DNA of 64,000 nt, taken from contig OX597828.1 of assembly GCA_951406725.2 (NCBI GenBank), positions 61,318,001 to 61,382,000 of the forward strand, written 5' to 3'. The position numbers and the translations under genes are program-made. The stretch comes from Octopus vulgaris (taxonomy: Eukaryota). A model generated the notes under the pieces. The model searched no databases and was not told the origin of the DNA. It worked only from the letters and a program-made list of their open reading frames with translations. Below, piece by piece: positions 1-14,044 of this stretch; within the stretch, counting starts at the first letter, position 1; each line of letters begins with the position of its first letter.

Positions 1-1010
1 CTCCTAACTATGCATGGAACCTATCATCCACGTGCTGACACTGATCGCCTCTACATGAAGAGAGCAAATGGAGGAAGGGGGTTAAGTGTGGAAGACTGTG
101 TACGTATAGAAATCGAGAGCTTAATGAGATACCTACCTGAAAGTAAGGAAACTTTGCCAGTGACAGTTAAGAACGAGGGAGTTTTGAAAGCTGAGAAATA
201 AAGAGAAAGCAAAGGAAGAAGCCGAAAAAGGACATGAAGACGAATTGCGCAACAAAGTACTATACAATCAATACCATGTAGCCACAACAGAAGTTTATGG
301 CAAAAACAGGTGGGATTGGAAAGGGACACTAAAATAAGAGACCGAGAGCAGCAAAAGACCACAAACTGGAGGGTCAAACTTTGGAACGAGCAAGTGTCTT
401 CTCTGTGCCGCATCTGTAAATAGAGTGGATGAAACCATTGCTCATATCACAAACGAATGCCCTGCAAGTTGTGGCAACATGATCAGGTAGCGAAAGTGCT
501 ACATTGGAAACTGCGAAAAGTGTGGGCTAGAGAGAGGCAAGATGTGGTATGAGCACAAACCAGAGAGAGTGGCGGAGTCGGAGAGTAGTAAAATTCTCTG
601 AGATTTCCCAATCCAAACAGATCAGGTGCTGGAGCATAACAGACCGGACCTTGGTGGTCGACAAGATGCACCACATGTAGTATATAGTTGATGTTGCATG
701 CCCTTTGCCCAACAAATAGTCAAGAAAGATGGCGAAAAAATAGATAAATACAACTCTCTTAAGTACGGCTATTGAAAATGAAGAAAGTAAAGATAGTTCC
801 AATTATTGTTGGGTCCTTGGGGACAGTATCAGAAGACATCAAGGAGAATATAAAAGAAATTGGAAAAGATAATCCAGTAGAACTGTTACAAAAGGCTTGC
901 CTCCTTGGCACGATCAGAATAATCAGGAAAGGATCAGACAGCTGAAAAGAACGGATAGCAGGGTAGCGTAGGCTGCAGGAGTTTCAACAAAACCTGTAAT
1001 AAAAAGAAGT
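1..1010 (+). mobile_element. 3' part of a degenerate R4/Dong-type (restriction-like endonuclease) non-LTR retrotransposon
   Basis: ORF 10-201 HPRADTDRLYMKRANGGRGL; disrupted CCHC knuckle (CRICK..ETIAHITNECP) near 405-465; HDQVAKVLHW; NRPDLVVVD..DVACP PD-(D/E)xK-like motif; ends at a (TAA)n tract. Many stops and frameshifts. Confidence 0.75.
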
Positions 1011-1052
1011 AATAATAATAATAATAATAATAACAATAATAATAATAATAGT

Positions 1053-1529
1053 AAATGCCCTGATGCAGTATAAATGCCCTGATGCAGTATAAATGTCCTG
1101 ATGCAGTACCAGGCAGTGGCTCTCGTGGCTTCTGATCTTAACTGATTGGAATTGTTATCATGTACATTATTTTGTCTTGGTATAAAAGATGGACTACAGC
1201 AAATATTCTGCTCAATACCACATATTTGCTTGTCAGTTGCTTGACCTTAACCAGTTGAGCATGTCCCTTAGTGGCTGACGATATAAGCATCTCTGATCGC
1301 GAGCAGAAGTAGTAAGGGGAGCATCATTAGGGTTTGAATAATTCACCTTTGCAAACATGGGTGTTTCGTTCAACATCCTTAAACAACCCTTATTCGGGGA
1401 CCGTTTGAGCAGCTTGGGTTACTTGACTAGAAGAAAATTCTAACTGGGCCCCACCTGCAAGGTCATGTGCTGTTTATCTTAATATTTTACCCCAGTGTCA
1501 ATTTGATGGCATGCACTGCTCTCTCACTC

Positions 1530-1530
<1 letters not shown>
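1053..1530 (+). mobile_element. ~500 bp non-autonomous repeat embedded in (TAA)n, copy 1
   Basis: Homologous to 16171-16700; flanked by (AAT)n on both sides; 19-bp unit TAAATGCCCTGATGCAGTA present three times at the 5' end. Confidence 0.75.
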
Positions 1531-1597
<67 letters not shown>

Positions 1598-2210
1598 TAA
1601 AAAACATAATAATGATAATAATAATAATCTACTAGACAGATGGAAGAGCATTGTAGAAAACGAAGGAGATTATATTTTAGGTTTTTGAAAAATAAAAGTA
1701 TAAAAAACCGCATTATTTATGGGATTACCAATATATATATAATAATAATAAAGGGTAAAATCATAAATGATTTTTACCTAGTGGTCAGCGCGGAAATAAA
1801 TTCTCGTAATTAAAATTTTATAAATATTTTATGAGAGAAGGATATGAATTCTACTTTGCAGTATATATCTGCGAGTCTCGAGGGGTATAAGATAAGCGAA
1901 AGCGCAGCTCGCTTGCGTATCCGTAGCCACTCGTATTTATATGCCTGGGTATACTGACGCTGATGAAGACAAAAAGGTAAAGTTTTTTATTAGTTCAAGC
2001 CCGAAACACGATCATGTACGCGGTTAACCAAAGTTGTGCTTCATTTTCTTTCTTCTACTAGCCTATATATAGTGTTTTTCTCGGAGAATTTATGGTGGCA
2101 ATAGTGTCTTTTGACGTCTAGTTTTTCAGTGCGTGGTGAGGCGCAAGCCAAGCCCTTGTTATAATTCTGCATACAATTATAATATATATATATATGTATA
2201 TATATGTATA

Positions 2211-2316
<106 letters not shown>

Positions 2317-2340
2317 TATATACATATACATATATATATG

Positions 2341-2850
2341 TTAGCAGAAATACCTGTCATTGCCCGGGTTAAAGAAAATAATGTAATTTAAAACGCTGTC
2401 TAGATTATGTAGGCCTCAACTGCTAGTACCACAGTGCAGGTGTCTCCCCGGCCACTTCCTTGCTTTACAATGTATACACTCAGTTGTCATTGCACCACTG
2501 GAAACTCTAGTGTCATCTGCACAGTGAACTGTCTGATCGTAATTGAAAGCTGCTTCATAGGAGTTGCGTCTCTGAGATGTTGCAACTGCTCTTCGTTCTG
2601 CAGTTGAGATCCCACCCGTTGTCAGCTGTGCATACCTCTGTTCATCCCTTTGAGATGCTCTGGCTTTTTCATAGTGCACAGTCTGTTCGTTTCTTGGCGT
2701 GCTTCCCTTTCTGCAGCTATCTCTCTTTCCTTGAACAGAGACATTCTTTTGGCTGACCTTGACATTGTAGACAAATTCGACACTTTTCTTCTGAGCATGG
2801 TTATATACGTATACAGAAATACACGGGTGCAGAAGATAGTAAGCAATGAA
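2341..2850 (-). mobile_element. Helitron deletion derivative (N-terminal Rep-Hel fragment joined to a 3' terminus); 5' limit uncertain
   Basis: ORF 2416-2679 AAFNYD...GAMTTECIHCKARKWPG resembles the Cys-rich N-terminus of Helitron proteins; minus-strand end CCCGGGCAATGACAGGTATTTCTGCTAA resembles the hairpin+CTAG end seen at 36740-36767. Confidence 0.6.
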
Positions 2851-5404
2851 AATAACTTAGTAACAGAAATTATGTTTCTTAATACGACAGTCAGAAAGTT
2901 AATAAGAAATTTCTACGGAAAATAAAGAATTGTACGGGTTGGAGCGAAATTTGTCACTCAGTGAACCAAAGAGCCGGTATCAAAGGAACCAGAAAAAACC
3001 GTCAACAACAGAAAAACAGGATCTAATTAAATTGATTCACAAAATCACCCCCTTTAATTTTGCTCAGATTACTTTCAGTTTTGGTGTATCGCTGTAACTC
3101 TGAATTTTGATTACGATCAACCAATTATCTTATCTCCTAAATTAAAGAATCTGATGTTATTTGGAAATAAATTTGGGAAAATTTGGGTAATTTTAGCCAA
3201 TCAACAGACAGCGATGTATTAACAGCTTGTTACCATGACAACTGCACCTTGTGTTTTGTTTCACTTCACTCGCACGTTGTGTTGTGTTGATTCTTCACAC
3301 CACGAGATGTACTTCAAACATGTGTCTTGTTTTAATAAAAATTTATATTTATTAATTAGAATTTAATTGTAGATATTTTTCGTCCATTGTCTTAATATTT
3401 TACACATTTTTCATATATATTTTACATATATTTCGTAAAGTTGTTCTGTGTTTACATTCGTTGCAACGAATGCCTTTCAGTTTAAACCCATTTAAGACCA
3501 GAATGAGCCATTCTGTATTTTCATTGAAGATGTAGGACAACATTATTTAATGTGTTCTTCATTTTTATAATGTTAGAGCATAGTGTAAGGGAGATTTGGC
3601 TGTTCTTTCTAACAAATTGAACAACTACACAGAGATTACGTCATTGACTCATTTGCTGATATGTATCAGTAAACAAAAACTAAAGGAAATGGATCTCCAT
3701 CTGTTTCTAGGATGATCATTCCAGTTGTATGATCAACTGAGCTGGTTATACATTCAACTGGTACTATCAACACTCAAAGGATGAAAGACAAAGTCAATAA
3801 AGGTAGAATCTGAACTCAGGAAAGGGGAAGACTGGGGTAAAGGAAGAGGGAAAGTGATGAGAATGAAGGGAGTGCCAAGAAATGTGAGAGAGGGTGGGAG
3901 TGCGAAAAAGAAAAGTGGAAGGAACGAAGAAATTCTGAAAGGGGCTAAAGGAAAGGGTAAGAGTCGTACAGAATTCATATATATATATATAGGAGACCAA
4001 AAGTGTACGTACGCCGCTATATGTATATATAAAAAGATCAAAACAAAAAATGGAATAAGAACGTAACAAGCGACAACAAAACATTCGGAGAGTAGATAGT
4101 GTATATATAAAAGAACGCAAATAGGTTTCAAAATTTACGACAATTGATTCTGTCGAATTAATTCTTGAGATTTGATGGCGGATTTCCTGAAATAAGACTG
4201 CACACCTCACAGTGCATTGTGTCATAATTAGTGCCGAGCGTATCGTAGGAGAATGATGAAAAATTAATGACGAAGAGTGTGCGACAGCTTTGACAGCACA
4301 GGGACATATTCATTTTTTTTTTTTTTTTACAGTAATTTTCATCTTACAATATCATCATATAACTTTGATCTTAATTTGTTTTCAAAACTAATAATACACT
4401 TTTAGAAGCCAGAAACCAATCTTAAGTCAGGTCGAATTCTGGTATTGCACGATGAGGTTATCGAACATTTTATGTCTCAAAGAAAATGAACAGAACTTAC
4501 ATGTAAGTATTTTAAGTAAATAAAATTACATGGTTTCTTATTTTTCAGTGTGTGCGTATAAGAAAATTATGGTTTATTTTAGAACGAACGCTTACAATTT
4601 ATAGAGTATTATTAATTCATTTTACTTTAGTGCCGAATATCTGTATCCCAATTGAATTGAGTTTTCATTATTTATATTCTGGATCTTGGATTTTGAATAG
4701 AAATAGTTTGTATCCCTAATTTGAGTAATACTAATGTTAGTCATAGCATGGTCAGTATTACAGCACACCCAATGACAACAACCACCATACGCTACTGATC
4801 TATATATACATATATACGTACATACGTACACACTCACACACACACACATTTATGAGCTATAACTGAAGAATTACAACGAATTGTCAATATAACGGATATT
4901 AATTTGCACGTCCAGCTTAACTTTGATGTGCTGTCTTAACGCCATAAACTGCAGTATATTGTCCTGTCTCGTAAACATGACAAATGCTAAAAACAACAAG
5001 TTATATCAGCAGAGGGATTTTGTTTGTACCAGTTTAAGACTACTGTATCACGTGATTCCAGCATATTTTTACATCTTCAGCAATAGATACCCAAATACTG
5101 AATGCTAGATTTATATATATATTTTATTCTTTGTAAGTCTAAGTTATGAACCGTTAAGTTACGGGGATCTAAACACACCAACATCGGTTGTCAAGCGATA
5201 TGGGTGTGACAAACAGACCATCTCCAATGAAGGTATATAATTAATAAATATCCTGGAAGCAGATGTAAGACCTTCTATCTATAAATGTTTTAATACCTAC
5301 ACAGCCTTGGTTTTTTATCTCATTACGCAAAAAATTCTTATATATATATTCTTATATATAAATACATACATATATATATATATATTTTTATATATAATAC
5401 ATAC

Positions 5405-5451
<47 letters not shown>

Positions 5452-5459
5452 TTATATAT

Positions 5460-5493
<34 letters not shown>

Positions 5494-5542
5494 TTGTACT
5501 CCACCTGCCTTCGTCTTTTGTTTATTTTCATAAAGCTTCCCG

Positions 5543-5623
<81 letters not shown>

Positions 5624-5938
5624 TATAAATATAGGGAGGGTATTATTAAAATACCATCACAAGTGGTGAGCGAGTTATTAGCCGTACAGGTAAATTAATA
5701 AAATATATACATACAATATTAGATATGTACATATATACAGAAGGGTATTACATGAGTACCTATATCGTTAATTATAGAAGTCAAAAAATACTTCTGTACC
5801 ACCGAAAAGTCACAGATCTATTACAGACAAGATAGGAAAAAACATTCGTGAACAATAATAATGTCTTACCTCAAATGAGTCAGAACAAGTAAATGCTGGT
5901 CAACTATTTATCTATCTATCGGTCTATATATGTATGTA

Positions 5939-6052
<114 letters not shown>

Positions 6053-6359
6053 CGCTTTGATATGCATGCCTTTTAACGTATACGAAAAGTGGTAAAAAAG
6101 ATGGAAGAGGCAGAATGACAGAGAGTTACAATACGGATATAAAACACCTTTTTATTGATAGTTAAATACAATCGTGAGGGGAGGAGAGTGTAAATATCTT
6201 TCAGATATACATTGAATGATATTGTGTTAAGATCCATGAAAGTATTTTCATATAGCAAGTATTCCAGCAGGGATGAAGTTGTTATTAATACTACTGCCTA
6301 TAATTTCTAATAAATGCATAAAGTTAGAAATATATAGCGCGTGGAACAGTGGATTTAAT

Positions 6360-7720
6360 CTACCCCAATACACTTCCGCTCCACCAGTCATTCGTTACAT
6401 CTATCTGTGCTCGGACTGTCTTTACACAGAGGCCAACTAGACTCCTGCCTCCGCCGTCAACAAGAATGAATCTTCTCCTTTCATTCCTTTGCTCCTTATG
6501 GTCTTAAATCGCCACCTCTCTTCATCTAATAACAACACACACATATTCCCACGTATCTTCCACTTTTAACTGCCTCTAACCCTCCACCCCACCCTACACC
6601 TAACGCAGTACCGTCACCACACACACCATTATACAAACGACCATACACACTGTTCAACTCAGTACTCACATCACGTCCATTACGCACACACCCACACAAA
6701 CTCACACGGACATTCATTCCCACACCGTCCTACTCCACACACTAACACCAAACACCTCCCAGAACTCCTTTCAGTACTTACATACACACCATTCTGCACA
6801 CACCCACTCACCAGCACCTCACCACACACACCATTATACGAACACACCTGAAAACTGTTCACATCAGTACCCACACTACACACCATCATGCACACTCCCA
6901 CACACACTCCCATGTACATGCATTCACACACATCTTCCTACTTCATACACACTAGTACCCAACACCTGCCAACCCCTAACTCTCATCACTCCTATCCCAA
7001 CTACTACCTCCGTGTATTCCCCCACAACACACAGTATTCACTCCTAGAAACACACACAATACACACGCACACAACACGCCTGAACACAGACAATATATAC
7101 ACGCATACAACATGCATAAAGACACATAGCTTTCGCACATAAACATACGCAATACACACGCACACTATAAGGTCACACACACACACACGCACACAAACGC
7201 ACGTACACACGTACGCACACACCACTTGAACAAGTACACAAGTGTATTTGTGTGCGTTTGCACACGCACACAAACAACACAAACGCACAAACCCTACTCA
7301 CATACACCACACACACACACACATACACTCAAACCCTACTCACACCACACACACACACACACATGCTCCCATACGCACACGAAAGCCCACATAATTTTAA
7401 GCGCTCGCCCCCATTCACACATACTCTAACATACACCATTCTTACATACACAACACGCTCTTGCGCACCCTAGTTCAGCTGGCTCACCATTATTATCTCC
7501 CTTTTACCCGGCCTCTTTCTTTCGTTCATTTTATTATGTTGAACTGCTAATCCCGACAAATTTTTCTGAGTTATTTTTTCCCCCGTTCTCTCTACAATTC
7601 TTCCCCTCTCAACGCTATTTTTCGAATAGCGTAGGCTGGAAATATCAGACTTTTCCATTCTTCCCTAGCGTCAAACAAATATACCTGCTTGTTGTTACCC
7701 CAACATTCTTCGTCTTTTGT
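6360..7720 (+). mobile_element. 3' remnant of a Penelope-like element with CA-rich tail
   Basis: 6370-6510 reads (with breaks) HFRSTSHSLHLSVLGLSL...LRRQQE*IFS..FAPYGLN, like PLE GIY-YIG C-termini; long CA-rich tract follows; terminal segment 7600-7720 is homologous to 9480-9600 in opposite orientation. Confidence 0.45.
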
Positions 7721-8922
7721 TGTCTGCTAACTTGAACTGCTTAAGTGATACTTCGTTTCGTCGATCCCAGTTGGATCCCAGTGGCCTAATCTAGATTCAC
7801 ACTCGTAACAAAATGTATATAACTAAATACTGCACGACATTTTGCCTGATGAACTAAAAACACTGCCATATAATTATGACAAATATTTCAATGTCACAAA
7901 CTTTGGATAATAAAACAGTCGAAGTACAAAATCACACTACATGATCCATAACGCTCTTTTGTGATCTGCAAAGAAATCTACTCGGAATCGACTTTGCTTT
8001 TCATCTCCGGTTAATAAAATATAGAACCAAATATTGTCGTTGTTTAACCTCAGGTCAGTCATGGTTGAGAAGACCTATCATCAAAGGCATTTCTGCTTTT
8101 CCTGCCCCGGTCCTTCCATTCCCGATATTGTATCTAGGGCTATATTATGTAGTATTCCTTCTTTTTAAAGACATTGTGGAGTGATTTGAAAGGGTTTTGG
8201 CTGCTAATTCTACTATGTCGACTGACCGCATAAAGATTTTCGCATTATGAAACGATCAAGTACCGCGGTAAATTTTTACAGATGACTCCTCCAAAGTGTC
8301 TTTCAACGCATTATCGATTGCACCATAACATTGCTTATATAACAACTATTTTAATACACGAAATGCTAAATTCTGTGTCCGTTTATTTGTTTCTAGGATT
8401 CTTTCGATCCGCCAGATTGAAAGGACAATTGAATGGCTAATGTGAAAAAGAAGGAAGAAAAAAAAAGAAAGTCTTATAAAGAATGGTAAATTGGATAGTT
8501 AAATAGATAGGTAAATTAACGAAGTACAAGGAAGAAGGGGAGCAGCCAGCAATCATTCAATATTCAAGTGAGAAGACAGTGAAATATAACGAGAGATGGG
8601 GAAAGTAAGAGGAAAGGAAGTAGCTTGAGGTAAAAAGAAAAGGTTGGATGAAGATAATAGGAGGAACAGAGAAAGAGAAAGAGAGAGTGGGGAGAGAGAA
8701 AGAGAGAAAGTGAGAGAGAGAGAGTAAGAGGGAGAGGGAAAGAATATCAATGTGGGTTCGTAAAGGATACATTGGGGCATGATATATATGCGCATGTATG
8801 TATGTATGCATATATTTGTGTGTGTATGCGTGTATATATATATACATATATGTATATAATGTATATATATATATATAAATACGTATGTATATATATTATG
8901 TATGTATGTATGTATGTGTGTA

Positions 8923-8955
<33 letters not shown>

Positions 8956-8962
<7 letters not shown>

Positions 8963-9342
8963 AATATAAGAGGTTAACTCTAGTGCTAGAAATAGCTCCT
9001 TATTCTGGTATAGCCACCGAAGTTGTTTCCACAAAAGAAATAACATTACCTTTAACGATTGGACCGCATGGGTATTTATCGCCCGTGTGGGTCTAATAAA
9101 TTGTATCGAAAAAAAATGCTGCTGATGATTTATAGATAAATATGTGAGTATAATTGCATATTATGTTGATAAAGAAACAATTGTTCAGCATTAATTTATC
9201 TTTTCGTTGTATTTCGCTTTCCATACGTTGAAGGTAATGTTATTTCTTTTGTGGAAACAACTTCGGTGGCTATACCAGAATAAGGAGCTATTTCTAGCAC
9301 TAGAGTTAACCACTAAACGGTAACTCTCTTATATTTACGTAT
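8956..9342. repeat. Fold-back repeat with ~100 bp inverted arms, between (TA)n tracts
   Basis: 8956-9057 is the reverse complement of 9227-9342 apart from one short indel and rare substitutions. Confidence 0.9.
9115..9192 (+). ncRNA. Minimal type I hammerhead ribozyme motif
   Basis: Stem I AATGCTG/CAGCATT; core CTGATGA; stem II TTTAT..ATAAA; GAAA; palindromic CAATTG; cleavage triplet GUU. Confidence 0.7.
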
Positions 9343-9609
9343 AAATTTGTATTGTCTCCCTGGTTTTTTTATGTGCTAGGCCACTTGGTGTTAAACTGAT
9401 GATATTAAATTAATATCTAATTTTTCACCCTCATTTATGAATATATATATATATATATATAGTTGGAAATTACAAAAATATCAACAAAACAAAAGACGAA
9501 GAGGGATGTTGTGTAAACAACAAATGTATTAGTTTAACGGTCGGGGAGTGAGAAAGTCTTTTACGTTTCGAGCCTAAGGTCTTCAACAGAAAGGAATACA
9601 GAAATAAAC

Positions 9610-9689
<80 letters not shown>

Positions 9690-9942
9690 GGTTTAGTGGC
9701 TAGTTATCATTCACGGCAACGCTCAAATTTGTCCATGCGCATATATATATATATATATATATATATGTATACACGCACGGACACATTTGAACGTTGCTTT
9801 ATGACAAACGAATGGGAGAGGAATGATCAACGTAAGTTGAAAGCCGTACTGGCATGCAACTGGAGTCTCAGATAAATCCCTCAGTATCAGTTTCAGGGCA
9901 AAACTACAGACAGACAGACGCAGACACATACACATACACACT

Positions 9943-10297
<355 letters not shown>

Positions 10298-10583
10298 ATT
10301 CGAGACAAAACCACTATTTTGCAAAACAAACAAGGAAAGACTTAATCAATACATAAAAATCATGTGTGTTTTACGTGTGTGTATTTGTGTGTGAATGTAT
10401 AGATAGGGGGATTGCTATATAGGTATGTTATAAACATTCGTCAGGTGGATTTTCGATCTAAAATATCAATATATTGTACGTTGATTAAATATTATTCCAT
10501 TCTTTCCATTTATAATTTTTTAAAAAAACGTTCGATCACCACGCGCTAAGAATTGTTTATTTTCTTTTGAGTGTTTATGTATG

Positions 10584-10812
10584 TGTGAATGTGTGTGTGT
10601 GTGTGTGATTGTTTGCGTAATTTATTTATCTGTATGGGTGTGAGGGAGTAAGAATAAGTAATGTGTTGAAGTATTTGGCTATTTTTTTAATTTATTCATT
10701 TATTGTTGCCTAGACGTTTTTATGAATAAATTAAAAAAATAGCCAAATACTTCAACACATTACTTATTCTTACTCCCTCACACCCATACAGATAAATAAA
10801 TTACGCAAACAA

Positions 10813-10844
<32 letters not shown>

Positions 10845-10845
10845 T

Positions 10846-10849
<4 letters not shown>
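10584..10849. repeat. Fold-back inverted repeat, ~115 bp arms, 22 bp spacer
   Basis: 10584-10699 is the reverse complement of 10722-10849 apart from (GT)n length. Confidence 0.92.
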
Positions 10850-10886
<37 letters not shown>

Positions 10887-11748
10887 CGCCGAGGTCGACT
10901 GTGCCTTTCATTCTTTCGGGGGCGAGAAATTAAGTACCAGTTACGCACTGGGGTCGATGTAATCGACTTAATCCCTTTGTCCTTGTTTGTCCCCTCTGCG
11001 TTTAGGCCCTTGTGGGTAGTAAAAAAATATATATATAGATAGATACAAAATGGGACTAGAACGCAAGACATCCAGAAGACGATACAAAAAACACGGACGG
11101 GTCATTCGAAGCCTTTAATCTTCAGTCAAGAACCGGATCATCCTCGCAATTTCGGCTATATATATATATGTATGTATATTCATTTATTCTTTTATTCCTT
11201 TCTGCCATTTGACTGCGGCCATGCTGGAATACGACCTTAGGGGTTCTAGTCGAACAAATCGACACCAGCTCTTACTCTTTGTAAGCCAAGTACTTATCAT
11301 ATCGGTCTATTTTGCCGAATCGCTAGCTAATAGAGACATAAACATACCAACATCGGTTGTCAAGTGAAGGTAGTGGGAACAAACAGAGACAGAAATACCC
11401 AAATATATGTATATCACGTGATCACGTGCCCGACCAGTCCATCAGATGTAGTTACACATCGCTGGTCACAATGCGTTCGCATTGTTTTAGCCTTCGGATG
11501 ACGCCACCCCGCTGGCTAAGCGAGCAGGCCAATATGTATATATGAGTGAGAGAAATAGAGAGAGAGAGAGAGAGACGACAGGCCTCTTTTAGTTTCCTCA
11601 AAGTATTGATCGGCCCGAAGCTATAGTAGAAGACTCTTGCCCACCGACGTGTCACGTGTGTCACGTGTGTCACGCAGTGAGACTGAACCCGGAACCATAT
11701 GGTTCGGAAGCAAGCTTCCTACCACAGACACGCCTATGCCCGTGTATA

Positions 11749-11806
<58 letters not shown>

Positions 11807-12058
11807 ATATAGTGTATAAACAATTTCAGTATTTATACACGAAAGTGGTGACCTCTGACAGGACACCTTACATGCTAGAAGGGGCAGTCGAAGCCCAAAC
11901 CACGAATAAAAGCAATTTCAACGGCAATAAAATAAAAATATTTTGTAGGTAACCTCAGACTCAAGTTTCTCTTTATATATATGTTGTCTACACACTTTAT
12001 TATGAATGCTAGCCACCGGTGTGAAATTTTCTCCAAATTGTCTACCTTTATTATTTTC

Positions 12059-12103
<45 letters not shown>

Positions 12104-12314
12104 TTTTATTATTTCATTCATTTACTTGTTTCAGTAATTTGACTGCGCCCATGCTGGGGTAAAGCCTTTAGTTGAACAAATCGACCCCAAGACTCATTCT
12201 TTGTAAGCCTAGTACTTATTCTATCGGAGTCTTTTGCCGGACCGCTAAGCTACGGGGACGGAAACACACCAACATCAGTTGTCCAGACACACAAATACAC
12301 ACATGTTTTTATTT

Positions 12315-12940
12315 TTCATTCCCTTCGAATTTTATCCCTGATAGTGGTTTGGATTTTAGCTGTTCCTTCTAGCGTGCAAGGAATCTTATGACGGATACCT
12401 CTTATGTGTTTAAATGAATACTGTATTTATATGAATAATATATAGTCTATTGACAAATTTTTTTACATGGTAGGCCACTGGTAGTAAAAATTTCTAAAAT
12501 TTTTTATTACCTTGAAAAATATTTGAAGAAACGCTGGCATAATTTTTATTTGTGGCGGACAAAAAAAACTGCGCTTGCGCGGTAGATTTGAAAAAATATA
12601 TCGTATAAGCACGGGGAACATGCTGGATTACCTCGTACTTCTATGTTTAATCTAGGCGTACCTGTTGATGAAAACTTCGCCTCGCAAGTTATTTTATTTA
12701 CTAAAAAATGACTGAAACCATGGTCCAGCAGATAGATGGTGAATGTTTTTCTTTTTTATTCACTTCGAAGTTTATCCTTAATAGTGGTTTGGATTTTAGC
12801 TGTTCCTTCTAGCGTGCAAGGACTCGTATGACAGATACCTCTTATGTGTTTAAATGTATACTGTATTTATATGAATAATATATTGTCTATTGACAAAATC
12901 TTTTACACACTAGGTCACTGGTAGTAAAAATTTCTAAAAT
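12315..12940 (+). repeat. Partial tandem duplication (~185 bp direct repeats) enclosing a hammerhead-like motif; PLE pseudo-LTR-like
   Basis: 12315-12500 matches 12756-12940; hammerhead-like motif at 12662-12728. Confidence 0.7.
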
Positions 12941-12949
12941 ATTATATAT

Positions 12950-13450
12950 ATGGTCACCCACCAGTGTAAAATTAACAGCGGACCTTGAAGCAATCCAGAG
13001 AAGATTCACAAAGAAGATCGTCTCTTTGCAACAGCTCAGCTACTGGGAAAGGTTGAAACAGCTAAGACTCTACTCCCTGAAGAGAAGACGGGAGAGGTAT
13101 GCAGTAATATATGTCTGGAAGATCCTGGAAGAAATTGTGCCAAATTTTGGCATTGTAAGCTACACCAATGCTAGAACGGGACGACACTGTATAGTGCCAA
13201 AGATCCTAGCAATGCCATCACGCTTCAGGACCAGCTTCTGCAACAGCCTGGGTTTCAAGGGCCCACAGTTTTTTTAATATTCTCCCAAAGAGTCTGAGGA
13301 ACTTGCACAAAGTAGACGTAGCGGTTTTTAAATCAAAGCTGGACATCTTCCTGTCGAGAGTCCCAGATGAACCTACCTCACGGCAAGAGGTGCAAATGAG
13401 AGTAGCTATATCAAACTCCATTCTTCACCAAGTGCCACATATTAGACGAG
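12950..13450 (+). mobile_element. 5'-truncated CR1-group LINE 3' end
   Basis: WSP...LEAIQRRFTK..LSYWERLKQLRLYSLKRRRERY, FKSKLDIFLSRVPDEP; related to the C-terminus at 58986-59396. Confidence 0.8.
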
Positions 13451-13672
13451 GTTCTTTGCAATAACAGTGTAGCACAAAACGGCGATGCATCAGCATGGCC
13501 GCAGCTCTGAGCTGAAACCAGAAAAAAAAATATATATATATGTACATATACATATATATGTAGATATACGTGTGTGCGCGTGTATATATATGTTTGTATG
13601 TATATGTATATATATTTATACATAGAAACGTATATATGTATATATATATATACATACATGTATATGCACACA

Positions 13673-13746
<74 letters not shown>

Positions 13747-13962
13747 TGTATATACGTATATATATATTTATATATATATACATATATACTTTCATATATA
13801 TATATATATATATACATGTATGTATATATATTATATATAAATACATATATAAACGTTGATGATAAAATTATTTTAGCCTTGTCTACCTAGTCTTATTTTC
13901 CTTATACATATCAACTCGTGTGTTCCTTTTCAACCTTCTACATACATACATACGTACAACAT

Positions 13963-14040
<78 letters not shown>

Positions 14041-14044
<4 letters not shown>

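Noticed and set aside
1955-2020. CTGATGA...GAAACACGATC as a hammerhead
   Set aside because: Stems I and II do not pair convincingly; at best heavily decayed.
7845-7870. CTGATGA core
   Set aside because: No stem II or GAAA partner.
11040-11157. Repeat (homolog near 55080-55190) containing CTGAAGA..GAA on minus
   Set aside because: Could not assemble complete hammerhead stems.
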